From Burkholderiales bacterium (GTDB lineage: Bacteria; Pseudomonadota; Gammaproteobacteria; Burkholderiales; Eutrophovitaceae), in assembly GCA_035560005.1 (NCBI GenBank), contig DATMAN010000101.1, forward strand, positions 37,818 through 101,817: a stretch of 64,000 bases of DNA, in the 5' to 3' direction. Position numbers and translations under genes: made by a program. Shown here one piece after another: positions 56,164-64,000 of the stretch (position 1 is its first letter; each line of letters starts with the position of its first letter). Below the pieces are notes generated by a model, which did no database searches, was not told where the DNA came from, and saw nothing but the letters and a program-made list of their open reading frames with translations.

Positions 56164-57282
56164 GTGAGCAATACGCTGCTCGGGGGGCTATCGGGCGAGG
56201 AGTTTCTGCGCCGCCATTGGCAGTCGCGTCCACTGCTGGTGCGTGGAGCCCTTGCGCACTTCGCCGGCTTCGTCGACCTGGACCTTCTTCTCGAACTCGC
56301 GACGCGGGAGGATTGCGAGAGCCGGCTCGTCTTGCGCGCGGGGCGGCACTGGCGCGTGGAGCACGGCCCGTTGTCGCGCCGGCGGTTGCACGCACTGCCT
56401 CCCCTCGGGTGGACGCTGCTGGTTCAAGGCGTGGATCGTTTCGTCCCGCAGGCGCGCGAGCTGCTGCGGCGATTCGATTTCGTTCCACGTACGCGGCTCG
56501 ATGACCTCATGGTGAGTTTCGCCCCACCGGGCGGCGGCGTCGGACCGCATTTCGATTCCTACGACGTATTCCTCCTGCAGGGCTCCGGGCGCAGGCGCTG
56601 GCAGGTCAGCCATCAGACCGATCTCGCGCTGATCGACGGCGAACCGCTCAAGATCCTCGAGCGATTCAGGCCGCAGGGCGAGTGCATTCTGACTCCCGGC
56701 GACATGCTCTATCTGCCGCCGGGATGGGCGCACGACGGTGTGGCCATCGACAGCTGCTTCACCTACTCGATCGGTTTTCGGGCGCCCTCGCGGCGCGAAC
56801 TCCTCTCCGGTTTTCTGGCATATCTGGACGAGACCGTTCCGGACGATGGCCTGTATTCCGATCGCGGCCTGGTCAGGCCCAGGCATCCGGGCGCCATCGA
56901 TCGGCGGCTCGTGGAGTACACCGCGAAAGCGCTCGGCGCGATTCGCTGGGGACCCGCCGACGTGATCGAGTTCCTCGGGCGCCACCTCACGACGCCCAAG
57001 CCGCAGGTAACGTTCGCTGAGGCTGCGCCCCTGCCGCTGAGCGCCTTCGCCCGCCGCGCGCGACAACGCGGATTGACGCTCGCCGGAGGAGCGCGCCTGG
57101 CCTATCATGGCAGCCGCGCCTATATCAACGGCGAAAGCCTCGCGATGCGAGGCCGGTTGAAGCGCGCGATCGTGCGCTTGGCCGACGAACAGCGGCTGCG
57201 CGGTGCCGAATTGCCCCCGGGCCACGGCGCCTTGCGTGTCCTTTACCGCTGGTATCGCAACGGCTATATTGAGTTCGCCTGA
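56164..57282 (+). CDS. Cupin/JmjC ribosomal protein arginine hydroxylase-like (RoxA/YcfD family)
   Basis: FLRRHWQSRPLLVRGA N-terminus and the Fe(II) facial triad context GVGPHFDSYDVFLLQ...GWAHDG. GTG start. Confidence 0.8.
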   Translation: MSNTLLGGLSGEEFLRRHWQSRPLLVRGALAHFAGFVDLDLLLELATREDCESRLVLRAGRHWRVEHGPLSRRRLHALPPLGWTLLVQGVDRFVPQARELLRRFDFVPRTRLDDLMVSFAPPGGGVGPHFDSYDVFLLQGSGRRRWQVSHQTDLALIDGEPLKILERFRPQGECILTPGDMLYLPPGWAHDGVAIDSCFTYSIGFRAPSRRELLSGFLAYLDETVPDDGLYSDRGLVRPRHPGAIDRRLVEYTAKALGAIRWGPADVIEFLGRHLTTPKPQVTFAEAAPLPLSAFARRARQRGLTLAGGARLAYHGSRAYINGESLAMRGRLKRAIVRLADEQRLRGAELPPGHGALRVLYRWYRNGYIEFA

Positions 57283-57302
57283 TCTTCGAAGGTGCTCACG
57301 CC

Positions 57303-57794
57303 ATGGCGGCGACCGGCCCCGCTATGCCCCAGCCGCTCAGCGGCACCAAGGAATACGAAGAAGCCGTCGATCGCGTCATCGACAGCGCGGTCTGCACCGT
57401 ACGGGTGTTCGACAATATTCTGTCCGCCGGCTTCAACTCTGCGCAGCGTTACGCGGCATTGCGCCGGCTGCTGCTCTCCAGCCGGCGCAGCGCGCTGCGC
57501 ATCGTCGTTCACGAGCCGAGGTCGCTGGACAGGAACTGTCCCCGGCTGCTCGCGCTGCTGCGCCAGTTCGGCCATCTCGTGCAGATCCACGAGACGCACC
57601 CCGCCGCGAAGGCAGTCTACGACCCGTTTGTCATCGCCGACGAGCGCGGTTACGTTCGCCGCTTTCATTTCGACCAGACGCCGGGAACCTGCGCAATCGA
57701 AGACCCGATTGGGGCGCGGGCCTTGATCGATCGCTTCGAGGAGATCTGGGAGGCCTCTTCGCCGGCGGTGAATGCGACGACCCTGGGGCTTTGA
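57303..57794 (+). CDS. Conserved hypothetical protein
   Basis: 163-aa ORF with coding-like composition, 21 nt after the roxA-like gene. No motif recognised. Confidence 0.55.
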   Translation: MAATGPAMPQPLSGTKEYEEAVDRVIDSAVCTVRVFDNILSAGFNSAQRYAALRRLLLSSRRSALRIVVHEPRSLDRNCPRLLALLRQFGHLVQIHETHPAAKAVYDPFVIADERGYVRRFHFDQTPGTCAIEDPIGARALIDRFEEIWEASSPAVNATTLGL

Positions 57795-57898
57795 GCGCAC
57801 CTCTTCCGCACGGAAGACAAACATTGTTACAATTTCGCCCCGCACCGATGGGTGCCGAGAACACTTCGTAACGTTTGCAAACTCACAAGGAAATTGTC

Positions 57899-58114
57899 AT
57901 GAAACGCGTCCTCCTGCTCTCCGCCCTCCTTGCCGTCGCCCTGAGCGCCTGCGGCAAGAAAGAAGAATCCGCCGCCCCGGCCAGCTCCGCAGCGCCGGCC
58001 GCTTCCACTGCGCCCGCCAGCGAGAGCGCACCCGCGGCGCAGGATGCCTCGGCACAACCGGCTGCGCCGGCCGCCGCGCCCGCGGAGCAATCCACCGAGC
58101 AGAAGAAGCAGTAA
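57899..58114 (+). CDS. Small Ala/Pro-rich lipoprotein
   Basis: MKRVLLLSALLAVALSAC lipobox, an AAGGAA SD upstream of ATG 57899 and a terminator downstream. Confidence 0.7.
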   Translation: MKRVLLLSALLAVALSACGKKEESAAPASSAAPAASTAPASESAPAAQDASAQPAAPAAAPAEQSTEQKKQ

Positions 58115-58140
58115 ACTCTGGGCTGAAGGCAGCAACAAGA

Positions 58141-58166
58141 AGCCGGCCGCAAAGCCGGCTTTTTTT
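58141..58166 (+). terminator. Rho-independent terminator
   Basis: AGCCGGC-cgcaa-GCCGGCT followed by TTTTTTT. Confidence 0.8.
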
Positions 58167-58184
58167 GCGCGTCGCGCGGGCGTC

Positions 58185-58961
58185 CTATTCGACCGCGATC
58201 CAGTCCAGTCCGGCGCTTTGATCGGCCACGTGGATGCAGTCCGGTTCGCATCCGAGGACACGCGCCAGGGCGGCCCGCGCCAGTTGCGGATGGTTGTTCT
58301 GCTGCGACAGGTGCGCGGCCACCACGCAAGCCAAGCGGCTGCGATCCAGCCTGCCCAGCAGCGCCGCCGCTGCCGAGTTGTCCAGATGCCCGTAGCGACC
58401 GGCGATGCGCTCCTTGAGCGCCCTGGGGTAGTCGCCGGCCTGAAGCAGGTCGCGATCGTGATTGCACTCCAGTACGAGCGCATTGCAGCCCGATAGAACG
58501 CGCTCGATGTGCCGCGTCGACTCGCCGGCATCGGTGAGCACGCCCAGGCGCCGGACTCCGTCGCCGAACACGAACTGGGCCGGCTCGCGGGCGTCGTGGG
58601 GAACGGGAAAGGGCTCGAGTTCGAGGTCACCGATCGCGAAAGCGGCGTAGTTCTCGATGATGCGCGTGTCGATGCCGGCGAACAGTTCCTCCAGGCCCGC
58701 CAGCGTGCCGTAGGTCAGCCAAACCGGAATCGCGTAGCGGCGGGCCACGCGCGCCGCTCCGCCGATGTGATCTTCGTGCTCGTGGGTCACGACGATGCCG
58801 TCCAGGTCCTCGGGCGAAAGGCCGAGGCGCGAAAGGCGCGAGACCGTCTCGTTCAATCCGAACCCGCAGTCGAGCAACACGCGGGTGGTGCCGCGTTCGA
58901 CGACGAGCCCGTTGCCCTGGCTGCCGCTGCCCAGGCTGGCGAAGCGCATCGCGCCAGCCAT
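58185..58961 (-). CDS. MBL-fold metallo-hydrolase
   Basis: The HEHEDH metal-binding motif and overall beta-lactamase fold pattern. Confidence 0.85.
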   Translation of the reverse strand: MAGAMRFASLGSGSQGNGLVVERGTTRVLLDCGFGLNETVSRLSRLGLSPEDLDGIVVTHEHEDHIGGAARVARRYAIPVWLTYGTLAGLEELFAGIDTRIIENYAAFAIGDLELEPFPVPHDAREPAQFVFGDGVRRLGVLTDAGESTRHIERVLSGCNALVLECNHDRDLLQAGDYPRALKERIAGRYGHLDNSAAAALLGRLDRSRLACVVAAHLSQQNNHPQLARAALARVLGCEPDCIHVADQSAGLDWIAVE

Positions 58962-58986
58962 CAGCGCCCGCGCGCCGTGCCGCGGT

Positions 58987-60090
58987 TTATTTCAGCTCCT
59001 CCTGCAGCAACGCGAGGATGCGTCCCGCCGTGGAGGACTTCTCGACCTCTCCGGAAGGGCTCAGGACCCTGACCTCGCTGCCCTTTTCCGCGTCCTGCAC
59101 GCTGATCTGGAACTGCGCATCCCGCGGCAGCTCGTCGTTGCGCCAGAAGGCGAGGCGGGCAAGGCCCCGGCGCTTGCGAGCCTCGGCGTCGGGGTCGACA
59201 TAACGCACGTAGTACAGGCCCTTGGAGCGGTCGCGATCTTCCACCGTAAAGCCGATGCGGTCGAGCGCGAGCCCCACCCGGCGCCACGCGCGGTCGAACG
59301 AATCGGTCAGATGCAGGCCGGAGACGGTTTCTCCGGCTTTCTTCAGTTCAGCGCGCGCCGCGGGCGGCGGGGCTTTGCGCGCTTCCCGAACTTGCGCCTC
59401 CTTCGCGCCGAGCCGGGCCATCAAGCGGTAGAGCATCTCCGCCTCGAGATCCGGATCGGAGGGGCGCGCCTGCCACATCGTGTTTTCCCGGGCGCGACCC
59501 TCGCTGGTGAGCACTTCGTACACCCCGCGGTGGGTAATGTAGATCTCGCTCGTGCCCGGCTGCTCGCCACGCTCGATGCGCGTGCGGAACTTGTCGCGTT
59601 CCGGATAGCTGTAGACGTCGTCGAAAGCCAGCCCGATCAGCCTGCGCACAGCGCTCTGCGGAATCTTGGCACGGTTCTCCGCCCAGTCCGTCTCCATCAA
59701 GCCCGCCTCGGGAACCTCGCGCACTATTAGGAAACCGTTGTCCTGCCAGAATTCGCGAACCGCCTCCCAAAGCGCTTCCGGCTCCGAATGAACCACCAGC
59801 CAGCGCTCCGCGCCCGCGCGCTCGATGCGCATGCCCTCGGACTGGGGCAGGAGATGCGATCCGGACTCGGCGCGACCGCCTGTGCGCTCGTTCGAGAAAG
59901 TCGAATAGGTCGCTGTGCCGGCTTCAGGCACGCTGAAGCGGTCGTCGGTCTTCGGTGCCGCGAGGTCGGGCGGCACTTCCAGCGGACGCGCCTTGCCGGC
60001 GGACTTGTAGTCGATCTTGTTGCGCTCAGCGAGCGAGCCGCAGCCGGCGATTAGCGCAGCCGCGACGAGGGCGATACCGATTGACTTCAT
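58987..60090 (-). CDS. bamC: Outer membrane protein assembly factor BamC
   Basis: Lipobox IAGC after MKSIGIALVAAAL and a BamC/NlpB-like sequence. Conserved position downstream of dapA. Confidence 0.85.
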   Translation of the reverse strand: MKSIGIALVAAALIAGCGSLAERNKIDYKSAGKARPLEVPPDLAAPKTDDRFSVPEAGTATYSTFSNERTGGRAESGSHLLPQSEGMRIERAGAERWLVVHSEPEALWEAVREFWQDNGFLIVREVPEAGLMETDWAENRAKIPQSAVRRLIGLAFDDVYSYPERDKFRTRIERGEQPGTSEIYITHRGVYEVLTSEGRARENTMWQARPSDPDLEAEMLYRLMARLGAKEAQVREARKAPPPAARAELKKAGETVSGLHLTDSFDRAWRRVGLALDRIGFTVEDRDRSKGLYYVRYVDPDAEARKRRGLARLAFWRNDELPRDAQFQISVQDAEKGSEVRVLSPSGEVEKSSTAGRILALLQEELK

Positions 60091-60143
60091 CGCGTCAAGT
60101 TTCCACGAGAAACCCGAAGCGGCGGGCGAAGGACTCGAACGGC

Positions 60144-61052
60144 TCACTTCGCCATCGACGCCAAAGCCTGGGGTGAAACCGAGATCCCCGCCTGGTCCAT
60201 CGCGGCGCGCAGCAGGTCGTGAAACGACGAGGACAGCGGGGTGAGCGGCAACCGTATGCCGCCGTCGATCAGTCCCATTTGGTGCAGCACCCATTTGACC
60301 GGAATCGGGTTCGCCTCGACGAACAGATGCCTGTGCAGCCCGAGCAACCGGTTGTTGAGGCTGCGCGCGCGCGCGATGTCGCCGCTGAAGACCGCCGCGC
60401 ACATTTCCCGCATCAGCCGCGGCGCGACGTTCGCCGTGACCGAGATCACGCCGTGCGCGCCGAGCAGCATCAGCGCCAGCCCGGTGCCATCATCACCGCT
60501 ATAGACGGCGAAGTCGCGCGGAATGCGCCGCAGCAGATCGGCGCCACGCTCCATGTTGCCGGTGGCGTCCTTGATCCCCACGATATTGGGAATTTGCGCC
60601 AGTCGCAGCACCGTGTCGTTTTGCAGGTCGGCCACGGTGCGCCCGGGCACGTTGTACAGGATCTGCGGGATATCGACCGCCTCCGCGATCGCGCGAAAAT
60701 GCCGGTAGAGGCCTTCCTGGGTCGGCTTGTTGTAGTAGGGAACGACCGACAGGCTCATCGCCGCTCCCGCCGCCCTGGCGTAAGCCGAGAGTTCGATCGC
60801 CTCGCGAGTCGAGTTGGCACCGGTGCCGGCGACGACCGGAATACGTCCTGCCGCATGCTCGATGGCGGTGCGGATCAGCAGGCAGTGCTCGTCGAAATCG
60901 ACGGTGGGCGACTCTCCCGTCGTGCCCACGACCACGATGCCGTCGGTGCCCTCTTCGACATGCCAGTCGATCAGGCGCCGCAGCCGCTCCAGATCCAGGC
61001 TGCCGTCTTCGAGCATGGGAGTGACGATGGCGACGATGCTGCCTTTGATCAT
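60144..61052 (-). CDS. dapA: 4-hydroxy-tetrahydrodipicolinate synthase
   Basis: [10 protein letters not shown]...GTTGESPT...[10 protein letters not shown]...GIKDATG (catalytic Lys) motifs. Confidence 0.95.
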   Translation of the reverse strand: MIKGSIVAIVTPMLEDGSLDLERLRRLIDWHVEEGTDGIVVVGTTGESPTVDFDEHCLLIRTAIEHAAGRIPVVAGTGANSTREAIELSAYARAAGAAMSLSVVPYYNKPTQEGLYRHFRAIAEAVDIPQILYNVPGRTVADLQNDTVLRLAQIPNIVGIKDATGNMERGADLLRRIPRDFAVYSGDDGTGLALMLLGAHGVISVTANVAPRLMREMCAAVFSGDIARARSLNNRLLGLHRHLFVEANPIPVKWVLHQMGLIDGGIRLPLTPLSSSFHDLLRAAMDQAGISVSPQALASMAK

Positions 61053-61096
61053 GAGCGGTCCCCCCTTTGCTTGTCGCATGCGCGAATTCTAACCGA

Positions 61097-61678
61097 TCAG
61101 GTCTCTCCCGCCGCGGCGAGTCCGGGGCCGGGTTGCAGCGCGCCCGCACAGGCCACGAGCCGCTGGATCATGGCCGGCTTCGGGACCTCGACGTACCAGT
61201 CCTCGAACGCGACGACTCGCAACCGGCCCCGCACGACCTCCAGAAGTTCCCCGGGGCGAAGCAGATGCGCCGGATTCGACGGTCTGCCGAAGCGTTCGTT
61301 GCCGAGCGCAAAGGTTTCGTAGATCAGCACGCCCTGCACGCTCAGGGCATCGAGAATGGCCGGGAACAGCGGCCGATGCAGATAGTTGGTCACGATCACG
61401 CAATCGAACCGCAGGCCGCTGAACGGCCACGGGTCGGCCTCCAGGTCGGCCCGGAGTGTCCGGACCCCGGAGATGCCTGCCAAGAGCGCCAGCGCCTGCG
61501 CATCCCGATCGACTGCGCACACGCGCAAACCGCGCGCAGCGAGCAGCCGTGCGTGCCGGCCGCTGCCGCATGCCAGGTCCAGCGCCTCGCCGCCCGGCTT
61601 CGCCAGCGGCAGCCAGCGGCGCACCCAGGACGAAGGCGCCTGCGCGAGGTCTGCTCGAGGTTCGCTCATCGTGGCCAT
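61097..61678 (-). CDS. Class I SAM-dependent methyltransferase
   Basis: SAM motif LDLACGSGRHA. The start is ATG 61678 or 61669. The upstream part of track ORF 61097..62500 is antisense to sodC and spurious. Confidence 0.75.
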   Translation of the reverse strand: MATMSEPRADLAQAPSSWVRRWLPLAKPGGEALDLACGSGRHARLLAARGLRVCAVDRDAQALALLAGISGVRTLRADLEADPWPFSGLRFDCVIVTNYLHRPLFPAILDALSVQGVLIYETFALGNERFGRPSNPAHLLRPGELLEVVRGRLRVVAFEDWYVEVPKPAMIQRLVACAGALQPGPGLAAAGET

Positions 61679-61852
61679 TAAAGCGCGGTGCGAAGGACGC
61701 TCTATTCTCGCCCGTTGCTCGGGCGCATGCGTGCCGTGACCGGGGGGTTGCAGTTCGCGTCGCTTCAGCGACACTATTTGACACCGTTTCCGCGGCGGTG
61801 CTAAAAGAAGCCGACCCGGCCGCCTGGAACAAAGAAGCGGGAGGAAGAAACA

Positions 61853-62398
61853 ATGCGAGCAAGCCACTGGTTGTCGATCGCGCTGTGCGCCGTGCTGGCG
61901 GCGTGCGGCAACATGGGGAATGTCTTCAAGCGCGGCCCGACTGCGACCGCGGTGCTCGCCCCGACCAAGGGCAACCAGGTCAGCGGGACGGTTCAGTTCA
62001 GGCAGAAGGGCGAGGTCGTGCTGGTCGAAGCCAAGGTCACCGGGTTGAAGCCCAACGGCACACATGGCTTCCACATCCATGAGAAGGGCGACTGCTCGGC
62101 GCCCGACGCTTCGAGCGCCGGTGCGCATTTCAATCCGCAGGGCACGCCGCACGGCGGTCCGGGATCGGAAAAGCGCCACGCCGGCGACCTCGGCAACCTG
62201 CAGGCCGATGCAAACGGCTTTGCCCAGGCAAGCATCGAAATCGCCGGAATCACGCTCGGCACCGATGCGAACAGCATCATCGGGCGCTCCGTCATCGTGC
62301 ACGCCAATCCGGACGATCTGAGCACCCAGCCGGCCGGCAACGCCGGTGCGCGGATCGCCTGCGGTTTGATCAGCAAGAACCCCGACAAATTCTTCTAG
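61853..62398 (+). CDS. sodC: Cu/Zn superoxide dismutase, lipoprotein form
   Basis: Lipobox LAAC, copper ligands [10 protein letters not shown] and HAGDLGN, and GARIACG near the C-terminus. Confidence 0.93.
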   Translation: MRASHWLSIALCAVLAACGNMGNVFKRGPTATAVLAPTKGNQVSGTVQFRQKGEVVLVEAKVTGLKPNGTHGFHIHEKGDCSAPDASSAGAHFNPQGTPHGGPGSEKRHAGDLGNLQADANGFAQASIEIAGITLGTDANSIIGRSVIVHANPDDLSTQPAGNAGARIACGLISKNPDKFF

Positions 62399-62435
62399 CG
62401 CGCCGCGACGAGCGAAGCGGGTCGCGTTTCCCGGG

Positions 62436-63125
62436 TTGATTCCCTGGCTCGGCGAAGACAGTTCCTTTCCGCCGCTGTCCCGGGCGCTGAGAGAGCCCAA
62501 CGGATTGCTGGCGGCGGGCGGCGATCTTTCCGTGGAGCGCCTGGTCGAGGCCTACCGTCGCGGGATCTTCCCGTGGTTCTCGGAGAACGATCCGATCCTG
62601 TGGTGGAGCCCGGATCCGCGCATGGTGCTGTTTCCGCGCGAGCTGCGAATCTCGCGTTCGCTCGCCAAGACCCTGCGCAAGGGCCGTTTCCAAGTCACGG
62701 CGGACCGCGCGTTTCGCGCAGTGATCCAGGGTTGCAGCGAGCCGCGCCCTGGGCAGCGCGGGACCTGGATTACCGCGCAGATGATCGACGCCTATTGTCG
62801 GCTGCACCAGTCCGGCATCGCCCACTCGCTGGAAACCTGGGAGCAAGGCCGACTGGTCGGCGGCCTGTACGGCGTGGCCCTGGGTCGCGCGTTTTTCGGC
62901 GAGTCGATGTTCGCGCGCGTGAGCGACGCTTCGAAAGTCGCTTTCGTCACACTGGTGCGGCAGCTCGACAAGTGGCGCTTCGGAATGATCGACTGCCAGA
63001 TGAAGACGCAGCATCTGGCCGCTTTCGGAGCGCGGGAGATCCCGCGCAGCGAGTTCGCACGCCGTCTCGCCGCCTTGGTAGACTATGAGCCGATCCCGGG
63101 ACCATGGCGCCTTGACCCGACGTGA
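62436..63125 (+). CDS. aat: Leucyl/phenylalanyl-tRNA--protein transferase
   Basis: [10 protein letters not shown]...AYRRGIFPW...[10 protein letters not shown] are canonical Aat motifs. TTG start. Confidence 0.9.
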   Translation: MIPWLGEDSSFPPLSRALREPNGLLAAGGDLSVERLVEAYRRGIFPWFSENDPILWWSPDPRMVLFPRELRISRSLAKTLRKGRFQVTADRAFRAVIQGCSEPRPGQRGTWITAQMIDAYCRLHQSGIAHSLETWEQGRLVGGLYGVALGRAFFGESMFARVSDASKVAFVTLVRQLDKWRFGMIDCQMKTQHLAAFGAREIPRSEFARRLAALVDYEPIPGPWRLDPT

Positions 63126-63865
63126 CCCAGCTCAACGACCTGCCGTTCTCGGTACTGCAGTTCTACGCGACTGCCCCTTATCCCTGCAGTTACCTGCCGG
63201 ACAAGCTGGCGCGTTCCCAGGTCGCCACGCCCAGCCATGCAATCGACAGCGCGGTATACAGCGAACTCGTCAAGGTCGGGTTCCGTCGCAGCGGCGCTTT
63301 CACCTACCGGCCCTACTGCGACCACTGCCGCGCCTGCGTGCCGGTCAGGGTCATCGCCCGGGAGTTCAGGCCCAACCGTTCCCAGCGCCGCGCGTGGCGC
63401 AATCATCGGGCGCTGGAGGCGAAGATCCTCGATCTGAAGTACAACCCGGAGCACTACGCGCTGTATCTGCGCTATCAGTCGTATCGTCACAGCGGCGGCG
63501 GGATGGACCACGACAGTCGCGAGCAGTACCGGCACTTCCTCCTTCAAAGCAACGTGCAGTCGAATCTCGTCGAGTTTCGCGAAGGCGGCCGGCTGCGCAT
63601 GGTCAGCATCCTGGACCGGCTCGACGACGGGCTGTCGTCCGTGTACACCTTCTTCGAGCCCGATGTCGCGGGGGCGAGTTACGGAACCTACAATGTGATC
63701 TGGCAGATCGAGCTGTGCCATCGGCTCGGATTCCCTTATCTGTATCTGGGCTACTGGATCGCGCAGAGTCGCAAGATGGCCTACAAGATCAACTTCCAGC
63801 CGCTGGAAGGGCTGATCGACGGGCGCTGGCGGCGCTTGCCGCGCGAGTGCGTCCGGGACGCCTGA
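63122..63865 (+). CDS. bpt: Aspartate/glutamate leucyltransferase (arginyl-tRNA-protein transferase family)
   Basis: [10 protein letters not shown]...FRRSG...[16 protein letters not shown] motifs of the Bpt/Ate family. The GTG start overlaps the aat stop. Confidence 0.9.
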   Translation: MTQLNDLPFSVLQFYATAPYPCSYLPDKLARSQVATPSHAIDSAVYSELVKVGFRRSGAFTYRPYCDHCRACVPVRVIAREFRPNRSQRRAWRNHRALEAKILDLKYNPEHYALYLRYQSYRHSGGGMDHDSREQYRHFLLQSNVQSNLVEFREGGRLRMVSILDRLDDGLSSVYTFFEPDVAGASYGTYNVIWQIELCHRLGFPYLYLGYWIAQSRKMAYKINFQPLEGLIDGRWRRLPRECVRDA

Positions 63866-63905
63866 GGCGCGCCCCGCTTCCGCACCCGCTCGTTCATCAC
63901 GGTTG

Positions 63906-64000
63906 ATGCTGTATCGGCTCGCGCGCCCGCTGCTCTTCGCGCTGGACGCCGAGCGGGCGCATCGTCTGGTCCTGCAAGGGCTCGAAGCAGCCCACGCGGC
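63906..64000 (+). CDS. pyrD: Dihydroorotate dehydrogenase (quinone), N-terminal fragment (continues beyond window end)
   Basis: Hand translation MLYRLARPLLFALDAERAHRLVLQGLEAAH matches the PyrD class 2 N-terminus. Confidence 0.8.
   Translation, partial: MLYRLARPLLFALDAERAHRLVLQGLEAAHA

Noticed and set aside
1-64000. CRISPR arrays, IS elements, prophage genes, toxin-antitoxin or known defence-system genes
   Set aside because: No regularly spaced repeats, transposase or integrase-like ORFs, or defence-type domains were seen when reading all ORFs and intergenic regions. The only repeats found are the tonB internal duplication and the inverted pqqA pair.

Overview
High-GC window with a betaproteobacterial-type gene order, almost fully coding; nearly all calls rest on reading the ORF translations and hand-folding the RNAs. 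(1) 1-28.6 kb is core housekeeping. It holds a truncated ABC-F ATPase, a tRNA-Pro/Arg/His cluster, dksA, tRNA-Ser and rlmD. It also holds LPS-heptose genes (hldD, hldA, ugd) and pyrF-lapB-lapA-ihfB-rpsA. Next come a fused aroA-cmk, tyrA, hisC, pheA, serA, serC and gyrA, then an OmpA-like lipoprotein, mtaD-ubiG and gph. (2) tmRNA (ssrA, tag ANDDRYALAA) lies at 28626-28988. (3) 29-44.6 kb is an iron storage and acquisition block. It contains patatin, bfr, bfd and DUF2325 genes, several Fur-box-like sites and three TonB-dependent receptors. It also contains a cytochrome c-FTR1 fusion coupled to fbpABC, and a cytochrome b561. (4) 42.4-55 kb is an unusual PQQ locus and the most interesting part. 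Two short pqqA genes, absent from the ORF track, encode identical peptides in inverted orientation and bracket a translationally coupled tonB-pip-sensor kinase-response regulator operon. One pqqA leads pqqBCDE plus a coupled ABC-2 exporter; the other leads a TonB-dependent receptor that resembles the YncD/PqqU PQQ-importer family. Both pqqA copies share an upstream 17-bp palindrome. (5) 55-64 kb is housekeeping again: slyD, bcp, roxA-like, MBL hydrolase, bamC, dapA, sodC, aat, bpt and the pyrD start. No CRISPR array, IS element, integrase or prophage gene was seen. Many long ORFs in the track are GC-driven antisense artefacts.
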